Source of the DNA: Octopus sinensis
Taxonomy: Eukaryota
Assembly (NCBI RefSeq): GCF_006345805.1
Contig: NC_043002.1
Span: forward strand, 84,506,001 to 84,570,000
Direction: 5' to 3'
Length of the DNA stretch: 64,000 bases
The notes beneath the pieces are model-generated. The model was given only the letters and a program-made list of their open reading frames with translations. It did not search any database and was not told the origin of the DNA. Shown here piece by piece: positions 48,764 to 63,137 of this stretch. Position numbers and translations under genes: made by a program. Within the stretch, counting starts at the first letter, position 1; each line of letters begins with the position of its first letter.

Positions 48764-49200
48764 TTGAATGAGGACACCTGTGTAAAGAAGTGCTGAGCTC
48801 TAAATGTGGAGGGTACCTGTGGAAGATGTGGGATGAAGTAGTGCAAAAGGATCTTTGGATGCTGGGCTTCACTGAGTAAATGACAAGGGTCCAGAAGATG
48901 TGGTGATTTGCTGTACTTGATAAGATGCATCAAGCTACGTAAAACTGCTGTCTTCCACACATATGGACTTGACCTTTCAGGTGCTGGTGCTGCATAAATG
49001 CACCCTTGCCAATGGTATGTAAAAAGCACCCAGCACATTCTGTTAAGTGGTTGGCATTAGGAAGGGCATCTGGCCATAGAAACCATGCCACAACAGACAA
49101 TTGGAGGCTGAACTGCTCCCAGCTGGCCAGCTGCATGTCAAATCATCCAACTCATACCAGCATGGAAAACTGATGTTAGACGATGTTGATGATGGTGATG
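48764..49200 (+). mobile_element. RTE LINE 3' fragment
   Basis: NEDTCVKKC coding remnant continues into the family A tail. Confidence 0.75.
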
Positions 49201-51682
49201 CTATATGACAGGACCCTTTCAGTTTCCATCTATCAAATTTACTCAAGGTTTTTTGTTGGCCTGGGGCTATAGTATAGGACATTTGCCCACTGAACATGAA
49301 ATCACATAGCTCATTAATCACACAGTCATGTTTAGTTTCTATAATAAAATAATTGTAAGCTACTTAAGATTCAGTAATATTTATTGTTTTGGAACAAGAT
49401 ATTCAGATTGGAGAATTCATTAGTTTTGAGAACAAATTTCTCATTATATCTATATACAGATCTATCAGGAATTTTGACTGTGTTGAACCAGTGTTTTTTT
49501 TTTTCATGATTTCGAGACAACAGCAAGCATTGAGCTGAACTTTGACCTGGGTTATGAGGTTTGAGAGCATGAGCTAATTTATTATTGTAGGCTTTAGACT
49601 TATTGTGGTTGGGAGATCTTTACACACACACACACACACAGATACACACACGCACGCACGCACGCACAAAGTTTGCAGCATCTGTGTTTCTGGTTTCTGC
49701 TGCTGGTTACCTACTCTGAAATGTATGCAGCCAACCAATGGTCTGGATGGTGGGCATTGTGTACTGACTTGGTGTATTTACATCTATTAGTCTACAGCAA
49801 GAAATTTTCTCCATGACAAAATACAGTGAATAACTTTCTTACAGGTTGAAATATGCCCGAAGCATATTTGAACTGCCAAAAAGTGTGTGTATCGTCGATT
49901 TTGGTAAAAAGAAAACTATTCATCATGAGATGAATCTCATATACACTCATGTATACAAGGAGTAGCTGTCTCATTAAAATAGTAACATGAAACTATTCTG
50001 GAGAAAACTGGAACAAGTAGTTTATCATACCATGTACCATTTCTAATTCACTTCTTTCTTTTTCTGAGATTTCATATCTTTGATGGATATGACTTTTAGT
50101 GGTGTGACTTTACTCCTTCTGCTGATAATATATGACTTATTTCTCATCAGTGATCTTTCTAGTTTTGTCCTTGGTATACTGAGTTTTTCCATGCCTAAGT
50201 AGACCATAAGCAATAGCTATGACATCTTTCAAACCCATGTAACTTTCTTATGAGGAAATTCATCTTGCAAAAATTTTAGCCCAAAAGATACAATAGATAT
50301 GGAGTATTAGATGTGGTAAGATTGTTAGAGAACATGTCTAGTTTAATTTCAATAAATAAATTTGCTCATTTTATGATTTTTTTGGGGGGCGGGGGGGTTG
50401 TGTGATACATTTTTAGCAGTGTTTAAATTTGTACTTCTGACACCTGAGTATTGATGTCTGTACTCGGGTGGAAAGCAACAGTGTGTTGACTAAAAGGAAC
50501 ATTTGATAATGTGATATTTATATTTGTGGTTTTGTGTAACCTTCAATGTGTTTCACTAAATTTATTTTCTGAAATGTTTGGAGTAAAATAATGAGTTACA
50601 TCCTGACTAGTTAACTATTACTTGGCATATGTACATATATACTGTTTAAAGTTTTTTTTTCTTCTTTCTAATTTTGCTGCCTCTGATAAGGCTGTTGAAG
50701 AATGCATTGTATATTCAAATTTCAGTTTCAAACATTTGTTATGTTTGTATGACCAAAACCTACTGAACTTGTTTCTATAGCAATCTGATTAATATATAAT
50801 CTTTTACGTGATACAGCTAACTTTATTTTGTGATGTAGTACCAGTTAAAAATGTCAGATAACTCATGTTTTTCACTTTGGGTGATTTGTATTGTTAGTTG
50901 ACATTTTTATTTCTTTAAAAAAACATTAATTTTTTTTTTTTTCTTTTAAGTTTCATTTGTGAGGCCATTAAACTCTGAATTTCTGATGGAAGACTAAATT
51001 AAACTGATACATTTAAGTCCTTACAATTGAATAATTAAATCAGTGAAATAACTTTTAAAATGTTCACTTACATCCTATATTTCCCCTAAACATTAACAAC
51101 ATGTAGTGAGCGCCCTGAATGTCACAACAAATGCCAAGCTTCACTAAGGATCTCTCCTGGTGACCATATATTCTTAACTTAGCAAAAATTGCATCATAAA
51201 TACTGGTTTTCCTTTTCAGTGCCAATAAATACTTCAATCCCTCATAACTACAAGCTTCCACAGAAAGCTCAAGTAGTGTCCACATCTGTGACAGTGCTAC
51301 TGTTATACAACACAAACAACATTGGCTGCATGAAGGTTAGCGTTCTCTAACCTCTGACCCATAGGCATGTCTCCTTACTCTGTCCTTTCTATTTTTGCTC
51401 CTTGGATCTGGCTGCACTTATTCACCTCCACTCAGATAATCTTGAGTCACTCACCTCCTTTCATTACCTAAGCCATTTTGTCTAGTCCTTTCTTCTTCCA
51501 AATACCATTTCTCTGCAATTCCCTCACCTTTTTTTTTTTCATCTGTCATCTTATAACTGGTCAAGAGGAACATTAACCTCATCAATCTTACCAATCACTG
51601 AGAGTCCATGAAAGCTCATGAGCAGTCTTGTCTTCTTGATCAATCAAATATAAAAGAAAAATACAAATTTAAAACATTTTTT

Positions 51683-51960
51683 AGGTGCAGGCATGGCTGT
51701 ATGGTTAGAAGTTTGCTTCCCAACCACTTTCCCAAGGTGCCACTGCATGGCACCTTGGGCAAATGTCTTCTGCTACATAGTCTCTGGCCAACCAAAGCCT
51801 TATGAGTAGATTTGTAGATTTGGTAGACAAAAATTGGAAGAAGCCCATTGTATCATCATCATCATAATGTCCATTGTCTATGCTGGCATGAGCTGGACAG
51901 TTTGACCGGGCTGGCACGTTGGAAGGCTGCACAAGACTCCAGTCTGATTTGGCATGGTTT
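51683..51960. repeat. Composite SINE-head/RTE-tail unit, duplicated at 54501-54780
   Basis: Shared private features: 12-bp hairpin, GTAGATTT duplication and the same junction. Confidence 0.8.
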
Positions 51961-53351
51961 TTTTATGATTGGATACCCTTCTTAACGCCAATCACTCTGG
52001 GTGCTTTTACGTGCTGCCGGCACAGGTGCCAGTTTGCATGACACTGGTATCTGCCACTTCTGTGATTTTACTTGGCTTGATGGGTCTTCTTCTCAAGCAC
52101 AGCATAATGCCAAAGGTCTCAGTCATTGCCTCTGTGAAGCCCAGCACTCAAAAGGAACCCATCCACTTAGCCTCTTTGAGGCCTATGCATGTGTGTGTGT
52201 CTTTGTGTCTGTGTTTGTCCCCACCCAGTGCTTGACAACTGGTGTTACTGTGTTTACATCCCTGTAATTTAGTAGCGGTTCAGCAAGAGTGATCGATAGA
52301 ATAAGTACCATGCTTTAAAAAATAAGTCCTGATGTCAATTTGTTCAGCTAAAACCCTTCAAGGCAGTACACCAATATGGTCACAGTCTAATGATTAAAAC
52401 AAGTTAAAGATAAAATGTACCAACTTGGCTTTCTGTGTTTGCTTTAAGTGGTTTATAACATATTATTTTTTTTTGAATACCATTCTTTTGCTTGCAAAGA
52501 AATTCTAGAAAGATTTGAGTGAAACTTCCTTGCTCTCTAACTTGAGTGTATGTGTGTGTGTGTGTGTATCAGGGTAGGGTTCTTCATTCAAACTTTGGAT
52601 TCAGTTTTACCTCAACTTTTTAAGGAAGATGAAGTTAGGGAATTTCTGCAGTAAGATTCTCTGTAGAAGAATATCTATGATTGGACATGTCCCAATCACC
52701 TAAACAGCAAATTTTTTATTCAGATTTGAAGTTGAAGATTGAATGATTTATCTCTACTTTTCCATGATAGCACAAGTTGAATTATTCTGAATTTTTTTTC
52801 CTGAATAAGATTCATCATCACTGAGCTAGACTAAAATATGCTGAAATATCTAATTTCTCTAATTATAGGACTTATATATACCCACAAATACGCAGGCATG
52901 GTTGTGTGGTTAAGAAGTTTACTTCCCAACCATATGGTTTCAGGTTCAGTCTTACTGCGTGGTATCTTGGGCAAATGTCTTTTACTATAGACCTGGGTCA
53001 AACAAAGCCTTGTGAGTGGATTTGGTAGATGAACTGAAAGAAGCCCATCATATATATATATATATATGTGTGTGTGTCCTTGTCTTGACATAAAACATGG
53101 TAATTGTAAATGAATGCTACTGTCATACTTCGTCATTAATTTCCAGTATTCTGTGAAAACCTGTTTCACAATGTGGAAAACGTTTCCTTACTTGGAAGCA
53201 AGTGAGGATTGGCAACAGGAAAGGCATCCAACTGTAGGAAATCTGCTTCAATAAATTTTGTCCAACTCATGCAAACATGGAAAAGCAAGATTTGGACAAT
53301 GATATAGATAGTAAACTTGTATTTTAGTTTTTGATAAATGTTTATAGATAT

Positions 53352-53745
53352 AGGTGTAGAAGTGGCTGTGTGGTAAGTAGCTTGCTTACCAACCACATGG
53401 TTCCGGGTTCAGTCCCACTGCGTGGCACCTTGGGCAAGTGTCTTCTACTATAGCCTCATGCCAACCAAAGTCTTGTGAGTGGATTTGGTAGACGGAAATT
53501 GAAAGAAGCCCATTGTATATATATGTATATATATATGTGTGTGTGTATATGTTTGTCCTCCCAACATCGCTTGATAACCGATGCTGGTGTGTTTACGTCC
53601 CCGTAACTTAGCGGTTCAGCAAAAGAGACCGATAGAATAAGTACTAGGCTTACAAAGAATAAGTCCTGGGGTCGAGTTCCTCGACTAAAGGTGGTGCTCC
53701 AGCATGGCCACAGTCAAATGACTGAAACAAGTAAAAGAGTAAAGC
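53352..53745 (+). mobile_element. SINE family B, full length
   Basis: Complete head-to-tail copy. Confidence 0.9.
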
Positions 53746-54500
53746 TTTATCTTATCTTATAAAAAAGGGAACCTGATTTCTATCTGATCTGTCCATCGCA
53801 ACATCTATTATTATATTATTATGGGGAGATTTTTTTTATTCAAAGCACACATTGTATTTCACTTAAACACCAACAATAACTTGCTTCTGACATACATGTC
53901 ATAGGTTTACCATCACTGATCTAGTTTGATATAAACAACTTAAATCCGTTTTGTTTAAGAAAGTCTATTGACAAGGTTTCAATATTCATTGTTTTAGTTA
54001 ATTGCTCTTCACTTTAAAAGAATTTCATACTCGGAAAGCTCAACTGAAAGTCTCATATTGGTGTACTGGTAGTTTTGATTTGATTTATTAGAGAGTTTGA
54101 AATTGTTGTGTGAGAAATGACAAACGTAGGTTTATTTCATTAATCTAAAAAAAGGAGATGCATATTATTATTAACAGTTTAATTCCTACATCTTCAGAAA
54201 AATTCAAACCATATATGATATTTAATTTGTATGAAACATTTTGCTTGATTTAGTTGTTAAAGTTGTTGTTTGGTTGATTAAATTTTTAACTGAATAACAG
54301 TGGAGGATGAAATGCAAATATGTAATAAAAACGCAACTTAATTTCAGTTATTAATTTGATGTAATAAAGCATTTGTTGTGTTAGCAGTTATAGCTGTTCA
54401 GTTAGATACATAGGATTGCTGCTTAGAAGACCTGCTAGAAAGGTTTAAGAGAAAAGAATCGCTTATTTTTTATTAAGAAGGCTGTGTGTGATATATTTAT

Positions 54501-54780
54501 AGGCACAGACATGGCTGTATGGTTAGAAGCTAGCTTCCCATCCACCTTCTCAAGGTGCCACTGCATGGCACCTTGGGCAGATGTCTTCTACTATATAGCC
54601 TCTGGCCAACCAAAGTGTTGTGAGTAGATTTGTAGATTTGGTAGACAGAGACTGAAAGGAGCCTGTTGTACCATCATCATCATTTAATGTCCATTGTCTA
54701 TGCTAGCATGGATTGGACAGTTTGACCAGGCTGGGACGCTGGAAGGCTGCACCAAACTCCAGTCTGATTTGGCATGGTTT
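54501..54780. repeat. Second copy of the composite unit at 51683-51960
   Basis: Same private features as 51683-51960. Confidence 0.8.
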
Positions 54781-55462
54781 TCTAATTTGTTTCTTTTAAT
54801 GGCTGCCAAATTGTAGGGCAGACAGATAGTCCTTCTAGTTCAGAAGAATGAGTCAAGTTCATTTAATCCAGATCTATATCGCATACATATATTCAATTTC
54901 ATGATTTGCATTCTCTAAGGTGAAATAAAACACCAGAGATGGTTTCCCACATGCAGAACCTCTGAATCCATCAGAATATTGGAAACCCTACTATACCATC
55001 AGCAGGTATCTCAGGGTCACAAACATTTCATACCTTAGCCTGTATGATTCACCTGAGTGGGGCAGTGATGATTGAATTAAACTTCACCTGTAGAAGGGTT
55101 TCGCCTGTGACCTTTTGTCAACTGTAGCCACCTTGAGCTGGTTTTAGCTGCCATGCCTATTTCCTTAATGGGTTTCTTCTGTTATTTGGGTTACAGTGCG
55201 ACATTTTAAATTAGTAGGTGAACAAATTTCATTTGGAAAATTATGAGTTTTATATCATATTTATATTCTGCATCATATCACTTAAAAAAAAATGAATGGT
55301 TGATTTTTACATTTATCTTTAGATTTACTTTCTGTTATTCAAGTATTCAAGTCAAATAAAGTTAATTTCTAATAAGGTACTCCTGCAACGCTTTGGTGGT
55401 TAATATAAAATAGTCAGTATTGTTAATTAGTGTACTAAGTGATATATCTGTTTCTTTTTCAG

Positions 55463-55501
55463 GACCAGATTTAATAGAAGCTCGCTGGAAAGGCAGATGA
55501 G
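55463..55501 (+). other. Candidate 39-bp exon
   Basis: Acceptor TTTCTTTTTCAG| and donor GAG|GTATTT; purine-rich. One of three frames is open (TRFNRSSLERQM) and it contains an ATG near the 3' end. Confidence 0.45.
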
Positions 55502-56799
55502 GTATTTTTTTCTTTACTTTTACTTCACTAAAAAAAAAATATTTATATGTCCCAGCTTGATTTTATTATCTTTATTAATAGCAGCCAAATATGATATGTC
55601 TTTTATTGTACAGTAGAGAGGAATTCTTGAACTAACCTGTCATACTGTCAGTCATAAAAATCTGTTAGAATTCTAGCCACTGTATAACAAAAGTAAAATT
55701 TATTTTGTACCATGTTTTCATATCTCACATATTAGAGTGCCATGGTTAGTGGGTTATAGTTTGTTGCAGACAGGCTGTTATATCATTGACAATTGCTTCT
55801 CTTTCAATAGTCCAGCTGTAAGTAGGTATTATGAGAAGTATATGTAGCAGAACCTACATACAGTATTGTATTACTGAAGTGTATTTTGTTAGCTTTTAAA
55901 TAGAGTTCATCTCATTAGCAAAACTTGATTTCTCTTTTTCACTCTTGATAGAAATAGAAATCCAGTATTAAAAATCTATACAGCATCTTCTTCATGCCAT
56001 TAGATTAATTAGCAAATCTACCCATAAAATGAGTGAGGCAATTCATAACAGCAGTATGTATTGAGAAATGTGTAAATAGACATGATAGATTACTGGGTGA
56101 TGTCTTAAAGAAATCACATTATTGTTGGTGATACAGCATTCTGTTGCAGCTAAATGACATGTGTTTGCGACTAAGGGACATGTAATGACGATTCACTCCC
56201 AAACTGAAATAGGCTCCCAAGCTCTGTATCATGAATGGTTATGCGAACCACTCTTAACGAAATCCAGGGTTTCCTTCGACCACTACATTAAAAGTATTAA
56301 GAAAAAAATGTTATTTAGATATACTTTTATTTTAGTTGTTTACACTATTTTATGCTTGTTTATACTCGTATACATTCAAATTTCACAAATTTCCTTATTT
56401 AAATTATGAATCCTATTCCTTTTGATAATATCAATATGATTACAAAGCTTCTTTGTTGATGATATTTTCTGTTTGGTCGATACTAATTTTCAAATTTCTG
56501 GAGTCTGTTGCTCTACTCATAGTGACATATGACTGGCTGTGTGTAAACATCAGAGTGGGTAAAAATACATGACCTAAAGTCTGGCCATATGCCTTGTTTG
56601 CTGTGAATGTGCAAGTGGAATCTTTAGGTTTGCAAAAAATCAAACTAAGACTTACCTCTCACTGTTCTATAAGAATAATGGCTGGATGTTCTGGTACCAT
56701 GGGTTATTTTGATTGACAAAACTGAAATGTAAACGACAGCTGCTTCGATTAGCCATTTCGAATCCTGCTCAAGACTGACACACTTCAATAACCACTAAA

Positions 56800-57445
56800 T
56801 AATCACTCACACTCTATACTGACACACTTTTTTCATTTTATTTTTGCTATTAACCATCTTGCGACCCCCTTCATATCTATGATGGGACCACAAACTATAT
56901 GATGAAAATCCAGAGGTACTTGTGGTCGGTGAATTTTTGATAAAAATGCAAAGGTGGTTTATCAATTCAAAAATCAATACCCACGAAATAATCATACTTT
57001 CTGATTCTTTGATGCTAAAAACCTTCCTGATGACCATCTTTGTAATCCCAAAAAATATCGTAACCATTGGTCCAGCTGTCTGGCTGTGAAGAGGGAACAA
57101 AGAGATGGACAAGTATAATGCCCATTATAGTAAGATAACAAATCTGCCCATCTACGATGGGAAATAAAGGGATAGTATCGTAAATCTCAAATCTCATCAA
57201 CTATACGGGGGGGAGGGGGATCCAGAGTTAATCCTCATCATCATAATTTAAGCAAAAAAAGTCAAAGGTGATTTGTTAATACAAAACTCAGTATCCACTA
57301 AATAATCATACTTTCTCACATTTTCTCTGCTAAAAACTTTCCTGATTACCTCCTTCGTAATCCTGAAAAACGTTGTGACCATTAGTCTAGCCATTTGACC
57401 GTGAAGAGGGAATGGAGAGATATAACTCTCGTTATAGTAGGGTGT
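56800..57445. mobile_element. Helitron/Helentron-like fragment with ~130-bp internal direct repeat
   Basis: About 56985-57100 recurs at about 57300-57412 (AAATAATCATACTTTCT...GTGAAGAGGGAA); each copy is followed by TATAGTA. Confidence 0.4.
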
Positions 57446-59129
57446 ACTAAATGACTGTTACCTCTTGGCAACAATGGACATTTCTGTACCTGTTGTGTTG
57501 TAGATGTGGAATTCCTCTGAAAGATTAAGTATAGATGAGGTGAGAAAGTAGTCAAGCAGTAAAAACATAAGGTGAGGAAAAATGAGATGCAAATGCATTT
57601 GGTTTAACAGGTGCTTCAAAAGGAGACGTGATTAATGAAAAGTAGTACCAATTAATGGTTGATGGTAACTTATGTTTGTGTTTGGCCTAGGAAAAAAAAA
57701 AAAAGCTGCATTTTATACATAATTTGAAAGATCTTGAATTCTTAAAGCAGACTAACTATAAAAGTAATTGGGAAGGTAGAGATGTTATCTGCTACATCAA
57801 TTGCTTCCTCTTCCAAAGAATTTTATTCATTGTTTTACATCTATTTTCCCATGATATCATAGAGGAAGGGCTTTTGGAAATTTAGACATTTACAAAATAT
57901 TGGAGTAACTGTTTATAGTTGGTTGACTTTCCTTTATTATTTCCTCAACTGTGAAGTGTGAAGGAGTGAAGTTTTTGCCAGTCAGGCAAACTGTGATAAG
58001 TAGTGTTCTGATTTATCAAGAACACATACAATGGCTGTAGTTGTAAGGTTTGAACTTGTTATTTAGCAGCTTTGGTCCAGCATATCAACCTCTCATATAA
58101 TGTAAAGTAACAAGAATTAGTAGAGGAATATGTGTCTGCTGCTATAATTGAACATAATGATTATGACAATGTTGAAAGACCAACTAAAAAAAATTCTTAC
58201 CATACCAGAGACAGTTATATTGTTGTGTAAAAACAGATGGTGTGTCTAACAATTTAATACCTGCTTTACTTGTCTTTGTAAACAGATAAAGTGGGTTTTA
58301 AACTGTCTGCTCTGCATATATTCAGTTTTGATATATGAGAGCATATTCTTCAAGGATGGTGATGGTGGCAGTGGTGGGGAGGCTGTGTCATGATAAAAAT
58401 CAATAATTACAAGGTAAATACTTGACAATATGTTTTTAAAAAATAGCTGACTTTGTAGATTGTTTGTGTTTTTATGCTTGGTAATTTCTATGCTTTTTTT
58501 ATGCTTGGTAATTTTAATATTTGTTGTGATTGTTCCAAGAGGAATTCTATATTGCAATTCAATTCAAGGCTGTTTTACCTTCCTGAGCTTGTTCCTTAGG
58601 TCCAGTATATTTAAATTAATAAGATTAGCTGTACTGTGGAAGACATGTAAGATATGGGAGATGCCACAGCAATGGTGATTTCTAGATCTATTCAACTGCA
58701 ATAATAATTTAGCAAGGACAACAAAACTGAGTGCACTTGTACCTGTGTGCATGTTATTTTCTGTGGTTAACATTCTTTTTTCTTTATTGGTCATGAGTTA
58801 GTCTGGTGGTGGGTTGCTGCTTAGTAGTCTGGTAGCCTTAAATCACATCCTCAACTACCAAACAATGAAGTTTCTTTTAATGCCATTTCTGGTTTTACCA
58901 TTGTTGACAAATTTCAAAATTGCATAAGTTTTTTGAATGTCCAAATTTGAAGATTTTGGTGATGAGTGACAAATTTTGTAGTATTGGACCAGGTATTATG
59001 AAACCAGATGGTATGAGTATGGCTTGTACTCTCAGCATTTTTTGTCTCAACTTTGAAATTATTTTTGGCTACCATTTTGTGGTAACCTGTGGTGATACAA
59101 AGGATTGAATTTTTTTTGTATGCTGCACT

Positions 59130-59465
59130 TCAACATGAGTGGGCATCTAAGCAACTTTGTTGTTTGTTCCTTCTCGAGCCATGCCTGGCTCATAAGGGCC
59201 GGTTTCCCGGTTTCTTTGGCGTATAGGTTCCCCACCTGGACGGGACGCCGGTCCGTCATAGGTGAGCTGCAAAATGCAGGAGGAAAGAGTGAGAGAAAGT
59301 TGTGGCGAAACAGTCAGCAGAAGTTCGCCATTACCTTCTGCCGGAGCCGTGTGGAGCTTAGGTGTTTCAATCATAAATACACACATCGCCCGGTCTGAGA
59401 GTCGGACCCGCAATCCCTCGACCGCGAGTCCTCTGCTCTAACCACTAGGCCATGCACCTCCACAA
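59130..59465 (-). mobile_element. SINE family D
   Basis: Head GGTGCATGGCCTAGTGGTTAGAGCAG; V-like 3' segment GGACCGGCGTCCCGTCCAGG. Confidence 0.85.
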
Positions 59466-60369
59466 GCGGCTTTGCGTAATCAAGAATTAACCACATTCTT
59501 TTAGGTTGCTCTAAATGTGAATTTGCCCTATTCTCAAATACCACCAGCCTATCATTTACAAATGATATTTCTTTGTTGAGTAAGACATGTCATTCTTTTA
59601 AAACATGGTGAGAAAATGAGCGTTGTGTCTGATATAGCTAGTATCTTGAGTTGTTGCTCTAGAGATGGTGTATGGCAAGAAACTTGACAATAGAATTGAA
59701 TAATTTAAGGGATGGATAAAGTCAATCAGATCTAGCAGGTTATTTGTTCTGTTAGTGATTAAATTTGAGTCAAGTTTCCCCACACTGTAAAATCATCTCC
59801 ACAGCTGAAGAGTCAGAGCTACTTATCAGGAGTTGGTGTTTTGGTGACATAAAAATTGAAAAGCAAAGTGTCTACGTAGCTTCCCTAGGAAGCTCCAAGT
59901 CCTATGAGTCTGAGATAAAATAAATTCCAACTGCTGTCAGAACTGAATTTTTGCTTGCTTACCTTTTAAATACACTGCTTGCTGTTTTGTAATACTTTTT
60001 TTGTAAAGTGTCATCTTGAAGAGGTCATAAAATGTGGTTAATTACATGAATAGCTTTTAAAGGAAAACAAGTGAAACCATTGAACAACCAAAGCAAGTAG
60101 CAGCTGAATATTGCTGTCAAATTTTGCAACAAATCTTTTTCTAATCCAAATGTTTGTGAACAAATTTGATAAAACAATTCAACAGGGAATAGACATGTTT
60201 TAGATGACAAACAATAAATTAAGGAAAATTGAAGGTAGAATTGGCAATAAGAAACAGAGAAACTGAAGCAAAGTGTTCAGACAGTTTGGTTATATTTTAT
60301 CTGAACTCGCTTGGTAAGTTTGTCATCATAAAATCTAAAAATTATCTTCAATATCTCCTTCAAAAACTT

Positions 60370-60612
60370 CAAGACTTAGCAATCTGGAAAACCTCAACCA
60401 TCATCCCTACTCTGAAGCTTGGTAAGGTTGAAACTGACCCAGCATCATTCAAACCAGTGTCTCTTCTGAGTCTAATCGCAAAGGTTTTTGAAAAGTGCCT
60501 TGTACCCTTAATCAACGTTCATCTAACTCTCGAAGATCACCAACATTATTCAAACCTCAATACTCCAACTTTTTCTCTCTTGTAATTCTCAACAGCCATT
60601 TCAGCTAGTTTA

Positions 60613-60667
<55 letters not shown>

Positions 60668-60710
60668 TCTACAGGATAGTTTGCTGTGGCAATAGATTTA
60701 GTGCTTTTAG
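60370..60710 (+). pseudogene. Old LINE RT N-terminal remnant split by (GA)n
   Basis: WKTSTIIPTLKLGK...DPASFKPVSLLSLIAKVFEKCL...HQH; (GA)n at about 60616-60664. Confidence 0.75.
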
Positions 60711-62568
60711 TCATGGCTATTGGCAGTGTTCTATTCTTTCAATTTTCTAAATCCTATTATCAAGAAATTGAAACTCAAGTAAACATGGGGTTTATAATAA
60801 GATTTTCACTGAGCTGTTTGTGAATGGTTTTACTACATTGTATTCTATTCTAAAGAAAAGCAAAACCTCTGACCACATAATCAGTCTATTGATCTTACTC
60901 CCAACATCTCAATTCTGATGGAAGCAGTCATTAACAAGCATAGTCTCCAACATCTTCAGTCCATCACCGTTTCTTTAATGAACACCAGTATGACTTCTGT
61001 AAAGTTACATTCACTACAGACTTGCTCTTCCTTGCCACTCACCATTGAGCCCTCCTCAGCTTTGAGAAATTACCTTGCTTGGAAACAGTTCAGGGTTGGT
61101 GAGAGGAAGAGCATCCAACTGTAGAAATAATGATGATGGTACACTCTGTCTCTTGTTCTCTCTGATGAAATGAAGTATAATTTATCAATTAGATGTAAAT
61201 ATTCAATATCTAAAACAACTATGAAACCACCAAGGAAAATTGAACTGATTTTTTCCTTTTTATGATTTAAAATAGTTTGAAGTCTTTTGATTCTGGGTTT
61301 TGTTTCTATGTCTGGAAATTCTCTAAATCTTCAACAGATATAACTAAGAGATTTTTTATAAATATATATGAGTTTCTATGGACAGCTGCTCTTAAGCTCC
61401 TCCAGTGTGGCCTGAAAGACTATGAAAAACAGAAGAGAACTGTGGACTGAGCTTCAGTGAGCCCTACCTGCACACTAAATTCATTGCTAACTTCACCTCT
61501 ATGCATGATTTTTTTTTATAGCCCTCACAAGCTATACCTCTACTCTTAGTTTCCTTAGTAGTGATCACTAGATTACTGAGTGTGGAACCCTGTCAAAGGC
61601 TTTTCCAAGCTGACAAATGCTTAGGCATTGGGGCTTGCTCCAAGTTAAGTATTTCTGAAGTCGTTTCACTGGAAAGAGGCAGCTCTCAATAGCAGATGAC
61701 TTAGACTGTAACAACCAGTTCAACCAATACCAGCATAGAAAGTGGTCATAAAAATGCTGATAATGATGATGTATATTATGTATATTAATGCAATTGCTTG
61801 TTAGCCCTATATTATAAGAAGTAAAGTCCTATTGAATCAGATAGTGACATTTTCATTGCTGAAGCCATTTTACTTCTCACTTTTGTTAATTCCTCTATGG
61901 AAAAACTTGGGCCTTTGTGATGCATCAGTAATATTAATTTAATGCTTTTATTTCATATTACTTTTGTATTTCACTAAAAACAGCATTCCACATTATTTCA
62001 CCTTGCATAGAATATGAACAGCATTAATATTTAATGCTACCAATCAGAAACATTATTGGTTTGACCTGTCTGCTTATTTTTATTACATTATAAGCTTTAA
62101 TAGCTTTTAGTATAGTATTTAACATAGGCTTCAACGTACTGAGTTGAAACTCACAATTATGTTCTTTAATCTGAAATGGGTTTGATAAAATATATATCAA
62201 CAGTATATCTTTTTCCATAGAAAAATTAATTTTGAGTTGTATTTCAATCTTCAATTTCATTATGACAAAAGAAAAAAAAAAATGACAGATAAAAGAAAAA
62301 AACATTTTAGTTTTGTTTTGCTACATGTTTCCTGTGTAATTTTATTGATTGCATGTAATTAAACATAGGCTAAAATTTAAAACAGCTCTGTGAATTATCT
62401 AATCTGTTATTAATTAGTTTAGACTATCAGTCTACCTATAGACTCATTAAGTCCAATATGATGGATTGTGTGAAACCTTGTTATTTGGCTCAGGCTGCTC
62501 CCTTATTATTTTTTAAAATGTTATCCTTGGACATATGATTTCACCAGTTGATATTAAGATATTGTTAG

Positions 62569-62790
62569 GCGGCGAGCTGGCAGAATCATTAGCATGCCAA
62601 GTAAAATGCTTAGCGGCATTTCTTCCATCTTTGTGTTCTGAGTTCAAATTTCACCAATGTCAACACTGCCTTTCATCCTTTCAGGGTCACTAAAATAGGT
62701 ACCGGTTGAGTACTTGGGTTGATGTAATTGACTTACCCCACTCCTCCAAACTTGCTGGCCTTGTGACAAAATTTGAAACTAATATTAAAG
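62569..62790 (+). mobile_element. SINE family C
   Basis: GGCGAGCTGGCAGAATC...GAGTTCAAAT...GCCTTTCATCCTTTC.GGGTC. Confidence 0.8.
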
Positions 62791-63137
62791 TATTGTCATA
62801 AAAGGAAATCAGTAGCTATATTAGGTTGTTGGGTAATTTAATGTGTCAGCATGCTGGTTTGTATTTTGTCTTCAACTATTGATGCTTGTGGAGGAACAGC
62901 TGTATATTTAAGAATTAAAATAGGTTGAATGAAATACATTTAAAACAAAATGAATCAATTTATTAATTATATTTTAAACAAAAGTTGCATGATAATGGTG
63001 TGAAAATTACTTGAATTGAAGTAAGTTCTATTTCTTTTATGATAGGGGGATTCTGGAAACAGCTAATAAAGATTGTCATTTTTACTGTAAGAATGAATTT
63101 AGTAAAGGTGTATGTACATGAGTTTTGAAGAGTTTTG

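Noticed and set aside
56720-56780. Minus-strand GAAGCAGCTGTC hammerhead-like motif
   Set aside because: GAAG instead of GAAA, and no CUGANGA box.
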